A stretch of DNA of 61,796 nt, counting the filler, from Candidatus Woesearchaeota archaeon (GTDB lineage Archaea; Nanobdellota; Nanobdellia; Woesearchaeales; GCA-2685855): NCBI GenBank assembly GCA_002685855.1. It is 6 parts of 6 records of this genome, joined end to end, with 100 filler letters (N's around TTAATTAATTAA, not from the genome) between each part and the next. Parts side by side here need not be neighbours in the genome. Positions count along the whole stretch, not along the records: positions 21,364 to 34,221 come from NYYS01000018.1; positions 34,322 to 45,562 come from NYYS01000019.1; 4 more parts are not named here. The stretch is one strand, 5' to 3'. Position numbers and translations under genes: made by a program. Every line of letters starts with the position of its first letter. Positions within the stretch are counted from its first letter, which is position 1. This document shows positions 30,179-40,164 of this stretch, piece after piece. The notes below the pieces were generated by a model. That model had not been told where the DNA came from and searched no databases. It saw only the letters and a list, made by a program, of their open reading frames with translations.

Positions 30179-31116
30179 CTAACTTCTTTGAAATTCATGT
30201 AATGCTTTAATACAGGATGATGTCGTAAATATTCTATTTTGATCTCTTGCATCTTCCCGCCATCGATTTGAATCATACCAGGGTTGCATATTTGAAGGTA
30301 AGGGAAATTGAAGAATTGGTCTCGTGTCCCAACTTCCATCTTTCCTTTGACTTGACAGTAATTTTTCAATACGCGATTTGATAATTCCATCATATTTTTT
30401 ATTTCTAACCACTGTTTGTATTGATAATGCCAGATAAAATGGGATGTTAGGAATATTATCGTCTTGTGCAAGCCATTGCTCTGCTTTTTTAACGTGATCA
30501 TCACATTCAAATTTTGAAAGAGCTTCGACACAATGTGCTGTTGCATATACATCACTAGTCCACCAATAAGATCTCCACCGACCATCCTCCTGTTGTGTAT
30601 CTAAAAGAAATTGGACAGCAACATCATTATCCATATTTGTTAATAGTACAGAACCAGTAATATAGGGAGTGGAGGAACATCAACCTTCAACAGACATTTC
30701 AGGAGGTATTCTTGTGTATTCTCTTATCGATCGTTCTTGATACGTTCTAAATCCTCCATCTGAATGTTGATGTTCTCTTAGAAATTTTTTGGCCATATCA
30801 AGTTCACTCTGATAATCAAAATGTGATAAAGATCTTATTGCAAATGCTGTTGAATCTGCGTCTGGAACAATTTTATGATTATAACTAAAACCGCCATTTT
30901 CTCGTTGTCGTCTAAGTACGCTTTCTGCTGTTGTAGTAAGCTCTTCTTGATCGATCCCAGAGTCTAATAAATTAAGTCCTGTAAATGAACTAACCCAATC
31001 AGCACTCTCGCATGGTGTCTTGTCAAAAAATTATACCACATCCCATCCTCATTCCGATTAGAAAAAACAAATTCAGTAGCTTTCAGGATTGCATCACTAA
31101 TGTCGGTTTTCATCAT
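30179..31116 (-). pseudogene. Squalene-hopene cyclase-like / prenyltransferase-repeat protein pseudogene
   Basis: QW-type repeats (RNEDGMW, QRENGGF, QHSDGGF, QQEDGRW, QRKDGSW) and PDADSTA; 1-nt frameshift at ~31010; in-frame TGA at 30680-30682. Confidence 0.75.
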
Positions 31117-31244
31117 TATTAAGGAATAACTCTGCTTATTTAAATCTTCTGTTGGCGGGTTTAAGGCAAACAGCATTCAATATTCTTCTTTCCCACTTCC
31201 CCCCCAGAATAATTTCCGACAAATCAACCAAAAAACATATAAAC

Positions 31245-31268
31245 TTGTTTAAACTAACGTTTAAACAA
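31245..31268. promoter_or_regulatory. Inverted repeat, probable vapBC operator
   Basis: TTGTTTAAAC-TAAC-GTTTAAACAA ends 4 bp before the antitoxin ATG. Confidence 0.65.
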
Positions 31269-31272
31269 TACC

Positions 31273-31485
31273 ATGGCATTCAAAGGAAAAATAAAAAAAT
31301 GGGGAAATTCCTATGGAATACTCATAACAAAAACCGAAATGAAAAAGAAAAAACTTCACGAAAACCAAGATGTCCTTGTCCACATCAAAAAACAGCCTCA
31401 AATCGCTGAACTCTTTGGAATAGCAGAATTCAAAAAAACCACAGAACAACTCATGAAAGAGATCAAGGAAGGATACGATGACTAA
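31273..31485 (+). CDS. vapB: AbrB/MazE-type antitoxin (VapB)
   Basis: KIKKWGNSYGILI; overlaps the PIN toxin. Confidence 0.85.
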   Translation: MAFKGKIKKWGNSYGILITKTEMKKKKLHENQDVLVHIKKQPQIAELFGIAEFKKTTEQLMKEIKEGYDD

Positions 31486-31846
31486 CTACTTCTATGACAG
31501 CTATGCCATCATCGAATACATACGAGGAAACAAAAAATATCAAACCTACTTTGAAACCCACAAAGGAATCACAACCCTCTACAACATCATGGAAGTATAC
31601 TACTGTCTCCTCCGAGAACAAGGAGAAAAAAAAGCAAAACACATCATAGAAGTCCTCAAACAGATACTTATTCATCCCTCTTTTGAAGATATAGAGCCAG
31701 CAATGAACTTCCGATTCAAACATAAAGAAAGAAAATTCTCCTACGCAGACTGTTTAGGCTATTACCTGGCAAAAAAGAACAAAATCCGCTTCCTAACAGG
31801 AGACAAAGGATTCAAACATATTCCACATGTTGAATTTGTGAACTAA
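31478..31846 (+). CDS. vapC: PIN-domain toxin (VapC)
   Basis: FYDSYAIIE, E, SYADCLGY, LTGD..F. Confidence 0.9.
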   Translation: MTNYFYDSYAIIEYIRGNKKYQTYFETHKGITTLYNIMEVYYCLLREQGEKKAKHIIEVLKQILIHPSFEDIEPAMNFRFKHKERKFSYADCLGYYLAKKNKIRFLTGDKGFKHIPHVEFVN

Positions 31847-31944
31847 TACTCCTAAGTAGGATAGATACAAAAAGGTATCCAATTCAAAACACACACTCTC
31901 AACCAAACCCAAACCTTTAAATACCCCTCCCCCTCAAACCCACT

Positions 31945-32634
31945 ATGAAAATCATCCTCAAAAAAACACCTAAAAAACCCACCATCATCGAAGGATTCCC
32001 CGGATTCGGACTCGTAGGCACAATCGCAACAGAATTCCTCATCGACCACCTCAAACCCGAACTCATCGGAGAATTCATCTACACAGAACTCCCAGCAACA
32101 ATAGCAATCCACAAAAACGACCTCATCCGCCCCATGGCAGTATTCTACGACAAAAAACACAACATAGTCATCCTCCACACCCTCCTCAACACAAAAGGAT
32201 TCGAATTCGAAATTGCCAACAACATAGCAGACATGGCAAAAAAAATGCAAGCCAAAGAAATCATAAGCCTTGAAGGAGTAGCCTGCAACAGCCCAGATGA
32301 AGAAACCAAACTCTTCTGGTATGGAAACAACAAATTCGGAAAACTCGGAGCAGAACCCATACAAGAAAGCATCATCGTCGGCGTAACCGCAGCAGTCATG
32401 CTTCGCTACAAAGATGTAAGCTGCCTCTTTGCCACAACCCATTCAGCCCTTCCAGACAGCTCAGCAGCAGCAAAGATCATCGAACTCCTCAACAAATACC
32501 TAAAACTAGGAGTAAACACCAAACCACTCCAACAACAAGCAGAACAATTCGAAAGCAAACTCAAAAACATGCTCCAACAAACAGCAAACACAGAAAGAGA
32601 GCTCGAAAAGAAAAACCTCTCCTACGTAGGATGA
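31945..32634 (+). CDS. Proteasome assembly chaperone (PAC2 family)
   Basis: IIEGFPGFGLVGTIA, LPD..AAA. Confidence 0.9.
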   Translation: MKIILKKTPKKPTIIEGFPGFGLVGTIATEFLIDHLKPELIGEFIYTELPATIAIHKNDLIRPMAVFYDKKHNIVILHTLLNTKGFEFEIANNIADMAKKMQAKEIISLEGVACNSPDEETKLFWYGNNKFGKLGAEPIQESIIVGVTAAVMLRYKDVSCLFATTHSALPDSSAAAKIIELLNKYLKLGVNTKPLQQQAEQFESKLKNMLQQTANTERELEKKNLSYVG

Positions 32635-33299
32635 AAACAATCGTTCTAAGCCTCGGTGGAAGCCTCATCATCCCAGAAGAAATCGCTATCGACTACCTTC
32701 AACAGCTAAAAAAAACACTCGACACACTCCCCTACAAATTCATCATCACCTGCGGCGGAGGAAAAATCTGCAGAACCTACCAAACAGCAGCCAAACAGCT
32801 CACAAATCCTCTGCCTGAAGACCTCGACTGGCTCGGAATAGCCGCAACAAAATTCAACGCAGAACTCATCAGAATCCTCTTTGAACAAGAAGCATACGAA
32901 AAAGTAGCAACCAACCCAACAAAAAAAATAGAAACAAACAAAAAATATCTTATCGCACCCGGATGGAAACCCGGAAACAGCTCCGACCTCGTCGCAATCC
33001 TCCTCGCAATCACCCACAAAACAAAACACGTCTACAATCTCACAAACACCAACGGCGTCTACACTGCAGACCCCAAAAAAGATCCCAAAGCAAAACTCCT
33101 AAAAACACTAACCTGGACAAACTACCTCAAACTCGTCGGAACAACTTGGGACCCCGGACTAAACACCTCCTTTGACCCCATCGCATCACAAAAAGCAAAA
33201 GAACACAAAATAGACGTCTCCATCCTCGATGGAACAAACCTAAAAAACCTCAAACAAGCACTTCTCGGACAACCCTTCCAAGGCACAATCATCAACTAG
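32631..33299 (+). CDS. pyrH: UMP kinase
   Basis: SLGGSL, GGG..CR.YQ, DWLGI.AT..NA, PG.SSD, FDP.A. Confidence 0.93.
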   Translation: MKTIVLSLGGSLIIPEEIAIDYLQQLKKTLDTLPYKFIITCGGGKICRTYQTAAKQLTNPLPEDLDWLGIAATKFNAELIRILFEQEAYEKVATNPTKKIETNKKYLIAPGWKPGNSSDLVAILLAITHKTKHVYNLTNTNGVYTADPKKDPKAKLLKTLTWTNYLKLVGTTWDPGLNTSFDPIASQKAKEHKIDVSILDGTNLKNLKQALLGQPFQGTIIN

Positions 33300-33333
33300 A
33301 AAACTATAAATACAATTACATCCTCAAACTACT

Positions 33334-33636
33334 ATGAAAACCCTTATCGCAGTCTACAAAGTCAAAAAAGAACATGTAGAAACTGTAAAAAAGGCCATAT
33401 TCTCTTATGTCAAGGAAATCAAGGAAAAAGAACCCGACACCATACTCTACGAAGCCTACCAGCAAAACGACTCTATTACCTTTTTCCACATCATGGACTT
33501 CAAAGACGCAGAAGCAGAACAAGGACACAGAGACGCAGCCCACACAAAAAAATTCGTAAAAAAAGTCTATCCTCTTTGCGATGAAGAGCCCGTCTTCACG
33601 GACCTCACCCTTCTGGCCTCAAACAGAGACCAATAA
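33334..33636 (+). CDS. ABM (antibiotic biosynthesis monooxygenase)-fold protein
   Basis: EPDTILYE...F.H...F.D..A...H....H..KF. Confidence 0.75.
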   Translation: MKTLIAVYKVKKEHVETVKKAIFSYVKEIKEKEPDTILYEAYQQNDSITFFHIMDFKDAEAEQGHRDAAHTKKFVKKVYPLCDEEPVFTDLTLLASNRDQ

Positions 33637-33681
33637 ACCCCCTCCCAAACCTTTTTATACACCTACCCACTAAACACCCCT

Positions 33682-34221
33682 ATGAAACCCTTTGATCTCG
33701 AAATCATCAAACTAAAACTCCAGCCAGACGCCTCAGCACTCGACCACGTAGGAACTGTCCAGGACAAAATCCAGAACGCACTTTCCAAACACAAAATAAA
33801 CGCCATCTGCACCCCCGGAGGCAGCGTAGCCAAAGGCACCTTCATTGGAAAAGACTTCGACGTAGACCTCTTTGTCCGCTTCCACAAAAGCTACGAAACA
33901 ACCAAACTATCCGACCTCCTCGAATCCGCATTAGAAGAGTTCCAACCCATCCGCATCAAAGGAAGCAGAGACTACTTCCAATTCAACGCCTACACCCTCG
34001 AATTCGAAGTCATCCCTGTCCTCAACATCAAAAAACACCATCATGCAAAAAATCTCACCGACATGAGTCCTCTCCACGTAGACCATGTCAGAAAACATCT
34101 CGAAAAAAATCCACAACTAGCAGACGACATCCGACTCGCTAAACAGTTCTGCAAAGCAGCCAACGCCTACGGAGCAGAAAGCCACATCAACGGAATATCC
34201 GGCCATGTCCTCGACCTCTTA
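33682..34221 (+). CDS. cca: Archaeal (class I) CCA-adding enzyme, 3' truncated
   Basis: GGSVAKGT...DFDVDLF, GSRDY, D.SP.H, IRLAKQF.KA...YGAES.I.G.SG. Confidence 0.9.
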
Positions 34222-34321
34222 NNNNNNNNNNNNNNNNNNNNNNNNNNNNNNNNNNNNNNNNNNNNTTAATTAATTAANNNNNNNNNNNNNNNNNNNNNNN
34301 NNNNNNNNNNNNNNNNNNNNN
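34222..34321. other. Artificial contig spacer
   Basis: N44-TTAATTAATTAA-N44. Confidence 0.97.
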
Positions 34322-34739
34322 CACTTAGCTCAGCAAGCCGATCCATTGATTGAACCCGCTCGTACATCAACCCATCAATAACCCAGGTAGGAGTGATCTT
34401 CACAGCAGAATTCTCAGAATAATCCTTGTACGTAACGTATTCAAAACTCTTCCCAAAGTTGGTCTTTTGTTCAGCAGTATACTTGCACCACTCAGCACCA
34501 TATACAACAACGCCCTTTTCGGTCATGCACTTGGCCAGATTATCATAATGGCCTGGCGCCTTAGATTGTTTAACTGCATAGATGCCGACCGCAAGAATCA
34601 GGACAACAACTGCTCCGCTAATAAAGAATTTCTTATTCCTTGAGGCCGCTTTCTGCTCGCTTCGCTGCCTGTTTCGTTCATCCTTGAGCTGCTGGCGCTT
34701 CAGCCTCTTCCGCTCTGCCTTGGAAAGCTGCTCTTCCAT
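34322..34739 (-). CDS. Membrane-anchored thioredoxin-like protein, 3' truncated
   Basis: TM, then LAKC...YGAEWCKYT..QK..FG and TPTW.I.G. Confidence 0.7.
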
Positions 34740-34740
34740 C

Positions 34741-34944
34741 TTATGCAGCACCTTCTTCTGCAGTCATGGTGGCTTTGCCAATCATCTCAACCGTATCCTC
34801 AGCAACCGGAGCTGGTGCAACACCACACCCACCACCTACAGGAGCTCCTGATGGAGGAGGTGCATACTGCGGTTGTGAAGAACATCCTGCAAGGAAGAGA
34901 ATTCCGACAATAAGTCCAATTACAACAAAGGTCTTCAATCTCAT
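34741..34944 (-). CDS. Small lipoprotein with a GGGCGV motif
   Basis: Lipobox LAGC; PVGGGCGV. Confidence 0.6.
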   Translation of the reverse strand: MRLKTFVVIGLIVGILFLAGCSSQPQYAPPPSGAPVGGGCGVAPAPVAEDTVEMIGKATMTAEEGAA

Positions 34945-35075
34945 TATAGTACCCCCTTTTATAGACTGAACAAGAGGCACTCATATATAAAACTTCTTAC
35001 TTCATATGTTCTTTTTGCCATATATCTTTTGTAGTAAACCGAAACAGTTAATAATCCTCAACTACTAGAACAGGA

Positions 35076-36140
35076 ATGATAAAAACAGCGATTTCCTATA
35101 AGGAATTCCGGCAAAGAAAACTCAGAAAGATCGTTCTTGCAGCCGACATCGGAGGAACAAACACCCGATTAGGCGCCTATGCTGTTGCAAAAAAACCCTT
35201 GTTGCTCTTCAAACAAAAAACCCCTACTCAGAGCCAACATCAATTAACAAAATTCATCAACAACTTTAACGAACTCATCAGAGAGGTCTATCAGACAACA
35301 CCAACAACCGCAGGCATCGCCTGCGCAGGAATCCCAAACAAAAACAGAGTATATATAACGAATGCGGGCTTTGAACTTGATTTAACACAGCTTTCCCGGG
35401 CATGCAAACTCAAAAGATGCGTGCTGCTCAATGATTTCGAAGCACTAGGCCATGCACTTCCCCTCCTCACTTCAAAAGAACGGCTAACAATCCAACCCGG
35501 AACTACAAAAAAGAAAGAAGGGCCGATAGGGATTATCGGAGCAGGGACAGGACTTGGGCATGCAATGCTTTTTCCAGAAAAAAAAGGATATATTGTCAAA
35601 GGCTCAGAAGGAGGTCATTCCGCGATCGGAATCCGAACAATCACCCAGGCACGCGTTGCGGCCTTTCTTATTGCCACCCATCGAACCCCTCAAGGCGTCC
35701 CGGACAGAGAAGATGTTCTCTCAGGAAGAGGCATCCTCAACCTCTACGCATTTGCAAGAAAACGGGAACGAAAAGGAAGCTATCTCAACCAACGAAGGAT
35801 CCACCGATCAGAGAAACCTGCATCACTCATATTCGACCTTGCAGAACAGAAAAAGGACAAGGCTTGTAACCGGGCAGTTGAACTCTTCCTAGAATTTTAC
35901 GGCATGGAAGCAGCCAACCTTGCACTCCAGATCAAGGCAACCGGAGGTATCTTTATAACAGGAGGAATAGCCCAGAAACACGCGCATCTCTTTAAAGGAA
36001 CAGTCTTTCACAAAGGCTATCTTACAGGCAGAAAAAAAGACGCAGATATAACCCTTTTTTTGAGATCTGTTCCTGTTTCTGTTGTAACCCATCCCGAGCC
36101 AGGTCTGTTTGGAGCAGCGGTGGCTGCAACAAGATCTTGA
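35076..36140 (+). CDS. glk: Glucokinase (bacterial Glk type)
   Basis: ADIGGTNTR, ITNA, LLNDFEA, GAGTGLG, SEGGH, E.VLSG.G, GGIFITGGI. Confidence 0.92.
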   Translation: MIKTAISYKEFRQRKLRKIVLAADIGGTNTRLGAYAVAKKPLLLFKQKTPTQSQHQLTKFINNFNELIREVYQTTPTTAGIACAGIPNKNRVYITNAGFELDLTQLSRACKLKRCVLLNDFEALGHALPLLTSKERLTIQPGTTKKKEGPIGIIGAGTGLGHAMLFPEKKGYIVKGSEGGHSAIGIRTITQARVAAFLIATHRTPQGVPDREDVLSGRGILNLYAFARKRERKGSYLNQRRIHRSEKPASLIFDLAEQKKDKACNRAVELFLEFYGMEAANLALQIKATGGIFITGGIAQKHAHLFKGTVFHKGYLTGRKKDADITLFLRSVPVSVVTHPEPGLFGAAVAATRS

Positions 36141-36153
36141 GTTCTATACACGC

Positions 36154-36280
36154 AAAAAAGATAGCCTCGCCTTTTAAGGCGAGGATACTTTTTTGGTGTC
36201 CTAAAAATCCGCCTATTAAAGCAGGTGTTCGATCAAGCCCCGCACTTTAGTGAGGGGTAGAACACCTGCGGCGGATTTTT
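36154..36280. mobile_element. Non-autonomous palindromic element resembling IS200/IS605 ends
   Basis: Hairpin CCTCGCC-TTTTAA-GGCGAGG, then a nested hairpin AAAAATCCGCC..GCAGGTGTTC..AAGCCCCGCACTTTAGTGAGGGGTA..GAACACCTGC-GGCGGATTTTT. Confidence 0.55.
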
Positions 36281-36492
36281 ATGACAACAACAGATTTTGC
36301 ATACTCAATAACTTTTTTATCATCCCCAGAAAAAATCTTACTAGCTTTAAGAATCTCCAGACTCAAAATAGACCCATCCTTTCCAAGATCGATAATAATC
36401 CCTGTAGGAAGTTCAATACTTTTCCAATACTCGCCTTTTCTAAGTTCAATATCTAGGATATCTGTTTCTTTATCATATCTTGTTTCGTTCAT
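36247..36492 (-). CDS. DUF2283-family protein
   Basis: YDKETDIL.I...GIIID..KDG.I..LEIL.AS; C-terminus runs into the palindromic element. Confidence 0.8.
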   Translation of the reverse strand: MNETRYDKETDILDIELRKGEYWKSIELPTGIIIDLGKDGSILSLEILKASKIFSGDDKKVIEYAKSVVVIKIRRRCSTPH

Positions 36493-36628
36493 AGAGATGT
36501 AAAATCTCAAATATTTATATGTGTTTTGTAACGTGTTTTCATACATCTGAAGCCTTTTTAGTGATGGTTTTTCTTTTTAATGGAAATAAAACCCAAACAC
36601 ATAAATAGAACAACCTTTCAGTATCTGT

Positions 36629-37045
36629 ATGACAGAGAAGCTACACGCAGCCGGATTCGTAATTTTTAAAGAAACCCTGAATAGTGTTGCCTATCTTCTG
36701 CTCCACAATACAAAGGGGCACTGGGATCTTCCAAAAGGACTTGTCGACGATGGAGAGGACCTTCTCGAAGCAGCCAAACGCGAAGCAAAAGAGGAAGCTG
36801 GACAAACCAATCTTGCCATCATTGAAGGATTCCATGAAACCATCCACTATACCTACAAGGAAAAAGGAAAAGAGTACAAAAAAACCGTTGACTTCTTCCT
36901 AACAGAAGGCCATGACGCAGTCATTCTGAGCGATGAACACGACGAAGCAGAATGGTTCAGCTACGAAGAGGCCCTCAAAAAACTGAAGTTCAAAGAAACC
37001 CGCTCCCTTCTGGAAAAGGCAGAAGCATTTCTCTTGCAAAAGTAA
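36629..37045 (+). CDS. Nudix hydrolase (Ap4A hydrolase-like)
   Basis: HWDLPKG..D.GE....AA.RE..EEAG, LSDEH. Confidence 0.9.
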   Translation: MTEKLHAAGFVIFKETLNSVAYLLLHNTKGHWDLPKGLVDDGEDLLEAAKREAKEEAGQTNLAIIEGFHETIHYTYKEKGKEYKKTVDFFLTEGHDAVILSDEHDEAEWFSYEEALKKLKFKETRSLLEKAEAFLLQK

Positions 37046-37072
37046 TATATACTAGTCTGCCATAAAAGAGCG

Positions 37073-39337
37073 ATGAAAAAGATCTCGCTCCTATTTCTTG
37101 TTCTTCTTTTTCTCATTGCCTGCACTCAGCCTACAGAACCCGCTCCAGAACAGGAAACCGCACCCCAATTCGAAGAACCCCTCGCACCCGACACAGAAAT
37201 TAATGAAATTCTGCCTGTCCTCGAAGAAACAGAATACTATGTTGCCTATGCATCCCCCTCACAGTATGCTATCTCAATCGCAGGAGCAGACAACACAATC
37301 TGGGCCGCTGATCTTTTAACAAGAACGATCTACACACTCAAGGAAGAAGAAAACGGGCTCCGCATAACAAAAATAACAAACGTCATCGCAGAACCCGAGA
37401 TCGACTACGGACAATCACGAGACATCACCCACGACGGGGAAAACCTCTGGAGCATCGACTGGGGAAGCCTCTTCCGTCACGACATGCAATCACCTTCCCT
37501 TTCCCCCACCTTCAAGGTCAACGAAGAAGGACAAGGCCCAGACTATCCTCATCTGCACCACATGAAAGGCATTGCCTGGAATGGAACACATATCTGGAGC
37601 GGAGCAGACGGCCACCTCTACCACCACAGCCCAGAAGACTATACGGTAATGAACGACCTGTCCTTTCCTCCCGGCGTATCAGGACCTGCAGGAATGAGCT
37701 TTAACAGAACAGATCTCTGGGTGGCAGGACGCGGCCTCGGCCGCGTGTACCAGATCAACACAAAAACAGAACCCTATGAACTTGTGAACAACTACAGCAT
37801 CACAGACCAACCCTATGGATTGGCCTGGATCGATGAACAATTATGGATCTATGACTGGGCCACCAACCAGATCTTCAAGATAAAAAACCTTCCTGACACA
37901 TCTTTGGACAAAGAGGATGACTGCCTCACAACAGAACAGTACACGCTTCCAGAAGAGATAACTGCAGACACCACCTGGACAAAGGAGCAAAGTCCCTATC
38001 TCATTGGATTAGATATGCAAGAAGCAGAAGAAGCAGGCTACCCCGGAGGACAGAGCCTCTTTAATGGAGTGCCCGCTGGAACAACACTCACCATAGAACC
38101 CGGCGTCACAATCTACCTCAAGAAAAATGCGGTCTTTGGAGTAGATGGAATCCTAAAAGCAGAAGGAACCGCAGAGGAGATGATCACCTTCACGCATGCA
38201 GACTGCGACGAAATCTGGGGAACTCTTGTCTTTATGGGAGAGGAAGCATCCAACTCAGTACTCAACTATGTAAAGATCCAATACCCCGATGACGGCATTA
38301 AAGGAGAAAACGCACTCCCCAAACGTATTTCCAACTCGATCATCAGAAAGATCGGACAATACGGCATCAAAATCCACCTCGAAAAAGGAAGCTATCCTGC
38401 CTTTGAGTTAGTTGGAAACAGAATCAGCCAGGGCGGCTCGGTAGCCGTCACCCTCGAGCTGGGATCTGAGATAGAACTTCCCTCGATCACTATTCAGGAA
38501 AATGATATCGAACACTTCTATTCAGCCGCCGTAATCATTAGTGGTGTCGAAGAAACCATTCCGCCAATAAATATCCATGTTGAACACAACCTGTTCCACC
38601 ACGGCTTCCGCGGTGTAGGTGGCGGCTTTTCCGGTGTTGGAAACATTAAATACAACGATAACTATCATGCAGAAGCAGTTTCAGGAAGCGGACTCCAACT
38701 CTTCCTACCAAACGCAAACGCAACAAACAACTATTTTGCCTATTTATCTGAACCCGCATTCCAGCTCTCTGCATCACGACCCGACCTTCGAGAAATGAGA
38801 GGCGACGGTTTTTTACGGTTCATAAATAATACTGTTGTGGAGAGTGGACTTCAATCAAACTATGGAGACCCAACAACCGTAGTCGAATACAACAACTTTA
38901 TTCCCCGTCCAGGGGCAGGTCATTGGGCAGGAGGAATGGACAAAGCATCCGGTCTGACTGCATCAATGAATCACAACTGGTGGTCAACACCCGATCTGGC
39001 AACAGTTCGAAGACACATCATCGATGCCAACCTTGGAGAAGAATATGCAAACGACTACATGCCTTTGGAGATCGAACCCATTCTTGAAAAACCCAATGGA
39101 ATCGGCTTTCTTCTCGCAACAGTAAAAGATAATGATAAAAAAGTAAGCCAGGCAAAGATCACCTCAGATCGATGGACAGACAAAGCTATTCACACAAACA
39201 TCGATGGTAAGGTGTTTACATCCTTAGAAGAAGGAACCCATACCCTTACCATAGAACACAATGGAAAAACAAGAGAACAGAGCCTATCTATTCAATCTGG
39301 AAAAATCACAGAAACAGAACTTCTTTTAACAGATTAA
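37073..39337 (+). CDS. Large lipoprotein: beta-propeller-like repeats, right-handed beta-helix, C-terminal Ig-like domain
   Basis: Lipobox LIAC; G(I/L/M)(A/T)(W/H/F)DG..LW repeats; WT...SPY...LTIEPGV, A.GT....I.FT, NWW. Confidence 0.75.
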   Translation: MKKISLLFLVLLFLIACTQPTEPAPEQETAPQFEEPLAPDTEINEILPVLEETEYYVAYASPSQYAISIAGADNTIWAADLLTRTIYTLKEEENGLRITKITNVIAEPEIDYGQSRDITHDGENLWSIDWGSLFRHDMQSPSLSPTFKVNEEGQGPDYPHLHHMKGIAWNGTHIWSGADGHLYHHSPEDYTVMNDLSFPPGVSGPAGMSFNRTDLWVAGRGLGRVYQINTKTEPYELVNNYSITDQPYGLAWIDEQLWIYDWATNQIFKIKNLPDTSLDKEDDCLTTEQYTLPEEITADTTWTKEQSPYLIGLDMQEAEEAGYPGGQSLFNGVPAGTTLTIEPGVTIYLKKNAVFGVDGILKAEGTAEEMITFTHADCDEIWGTLVFMGEEASNSVLNYVKIQYPDDGIKGENALPKRISNSIIRKIGQYGIKIHLEKGSYPAFELVGNRISQGGSVAVTLELGSEIELPSITIQENDIEHFYSAAVIISGVEETIPPINIHVEHNLFHHGFRGVGGGFSGVGNIKYNDNYHAEAVSGSGLQLFLPNANATNNYFAYLSEPAFQLSASRPDLREMRGDGFLRFINNTVVESGLQSNYGDPTTVVEYNNFIPRPGAGHWAGGMDKASGLTASMNHNWWSTPDLATVRRHIIDANLGEEYANDYMPLEIEPILEKPNGIGFLLATVKDNDKKVSQAKITSDRWTDKAIHTNIDGKVFTSLEEGTHTLTIEHNGKTREQSLSIQSGKITETELLLTD

Positions 39338-39375
39338 AGATCTGCATCATCAATATCGGCATCCATTGCATAAAA

Positions 39376-39708
39376 TCATTTAACCAGTCCAACAAAAAGA
39401 GAACCCGCTACCGGACCTGCAACAAATCCTAAACTTGCTCCCAGCATTGCCCCCTCAAGGCCCTGATCATACCCGATCGCAACACCCAACAGACATCCAT
39501 AGTTCGCAGCAGTCACCGTCCCAAACCGACGAAGAGGCGTCCCAAAATAGATCTGATCAATCCCCCTCCACACATCTACAATTCCCCGACCTGTTCTATC
39601 TAAAGCTCTTCGCACACGGCCTCTTTCATCTACACTCGGTGTTTCATTAACCTGTTCGGCAAGTTGATCAGAAAGTTCCAGCGGTTCCTGTATTTTTTTG
39701 GTCACCAT
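39376..39708 (-). CDS. Hypothetical membrane protein
   Basis: Gly-rich hydrophobic C-terminus. Confidence 0.5.
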   Translation of the reverse strand: MVTKKIQEPLELSDQLAEQVNETPSVDERGRVRRALDRTGRGIVDVWRGIDQIYFGTPLRRFGTVTAANYGCLLGVAIGYDQGLEGAMLGASLGFVAGPVAGSLFVGLVK

Positions 39709-39800
39709 ACTAATAGGAATGTCTATGCATATTTTAATCTTTTGGTTGAAGATCTCGATCAAAAGAAAACCTTAATAAACCCCTTAATCAAATAAGAGAG

Positions 39801-40064
39801 ATGCAAGAATATATTAAAAAATCGGCAATCTATGCTGCACTATTCGCTCTTGTTTTAGGAATTGCAAATGTGGCCATATCTCTCTTCCTCGACTGGAAAA
39901 GCAGATCCAGAAACCCAGAACTCTATGATAAACTCATTCAAACAGGAACAATGGATTCTGTCTTCTCCTGGGGTCGGATCTTGCTCTATACGCTTGAAAT
40001 CTTTGTAGCGGTCTTTCTGATCTTTTCTATCTATTATTATTTTAAAAATAGAAAAACCACCTGA
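39801..40064 (+). CDS. Small two-TM membrane protein
   Basis: 87 aa with two hydrophobic helices. Confidence 0.6.
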   Translation: MQEYIKKSAIYAALFALVLGIANVAISLFLDWKSRSRNPELYDKLIQTGTMDSVFSWGRILLYTLEIFVAVFLIFSIYYYFKNRKTT

Positions 40065-40164
40065 AGCACACAGTTTTTTTCAATATAGTAAATAATTCCT
40101 CTTCCTTTCTTTCCTTCTTCTACCCAACAATCACCTTTAAATAACCCTCTGAGCTAACACCCCA

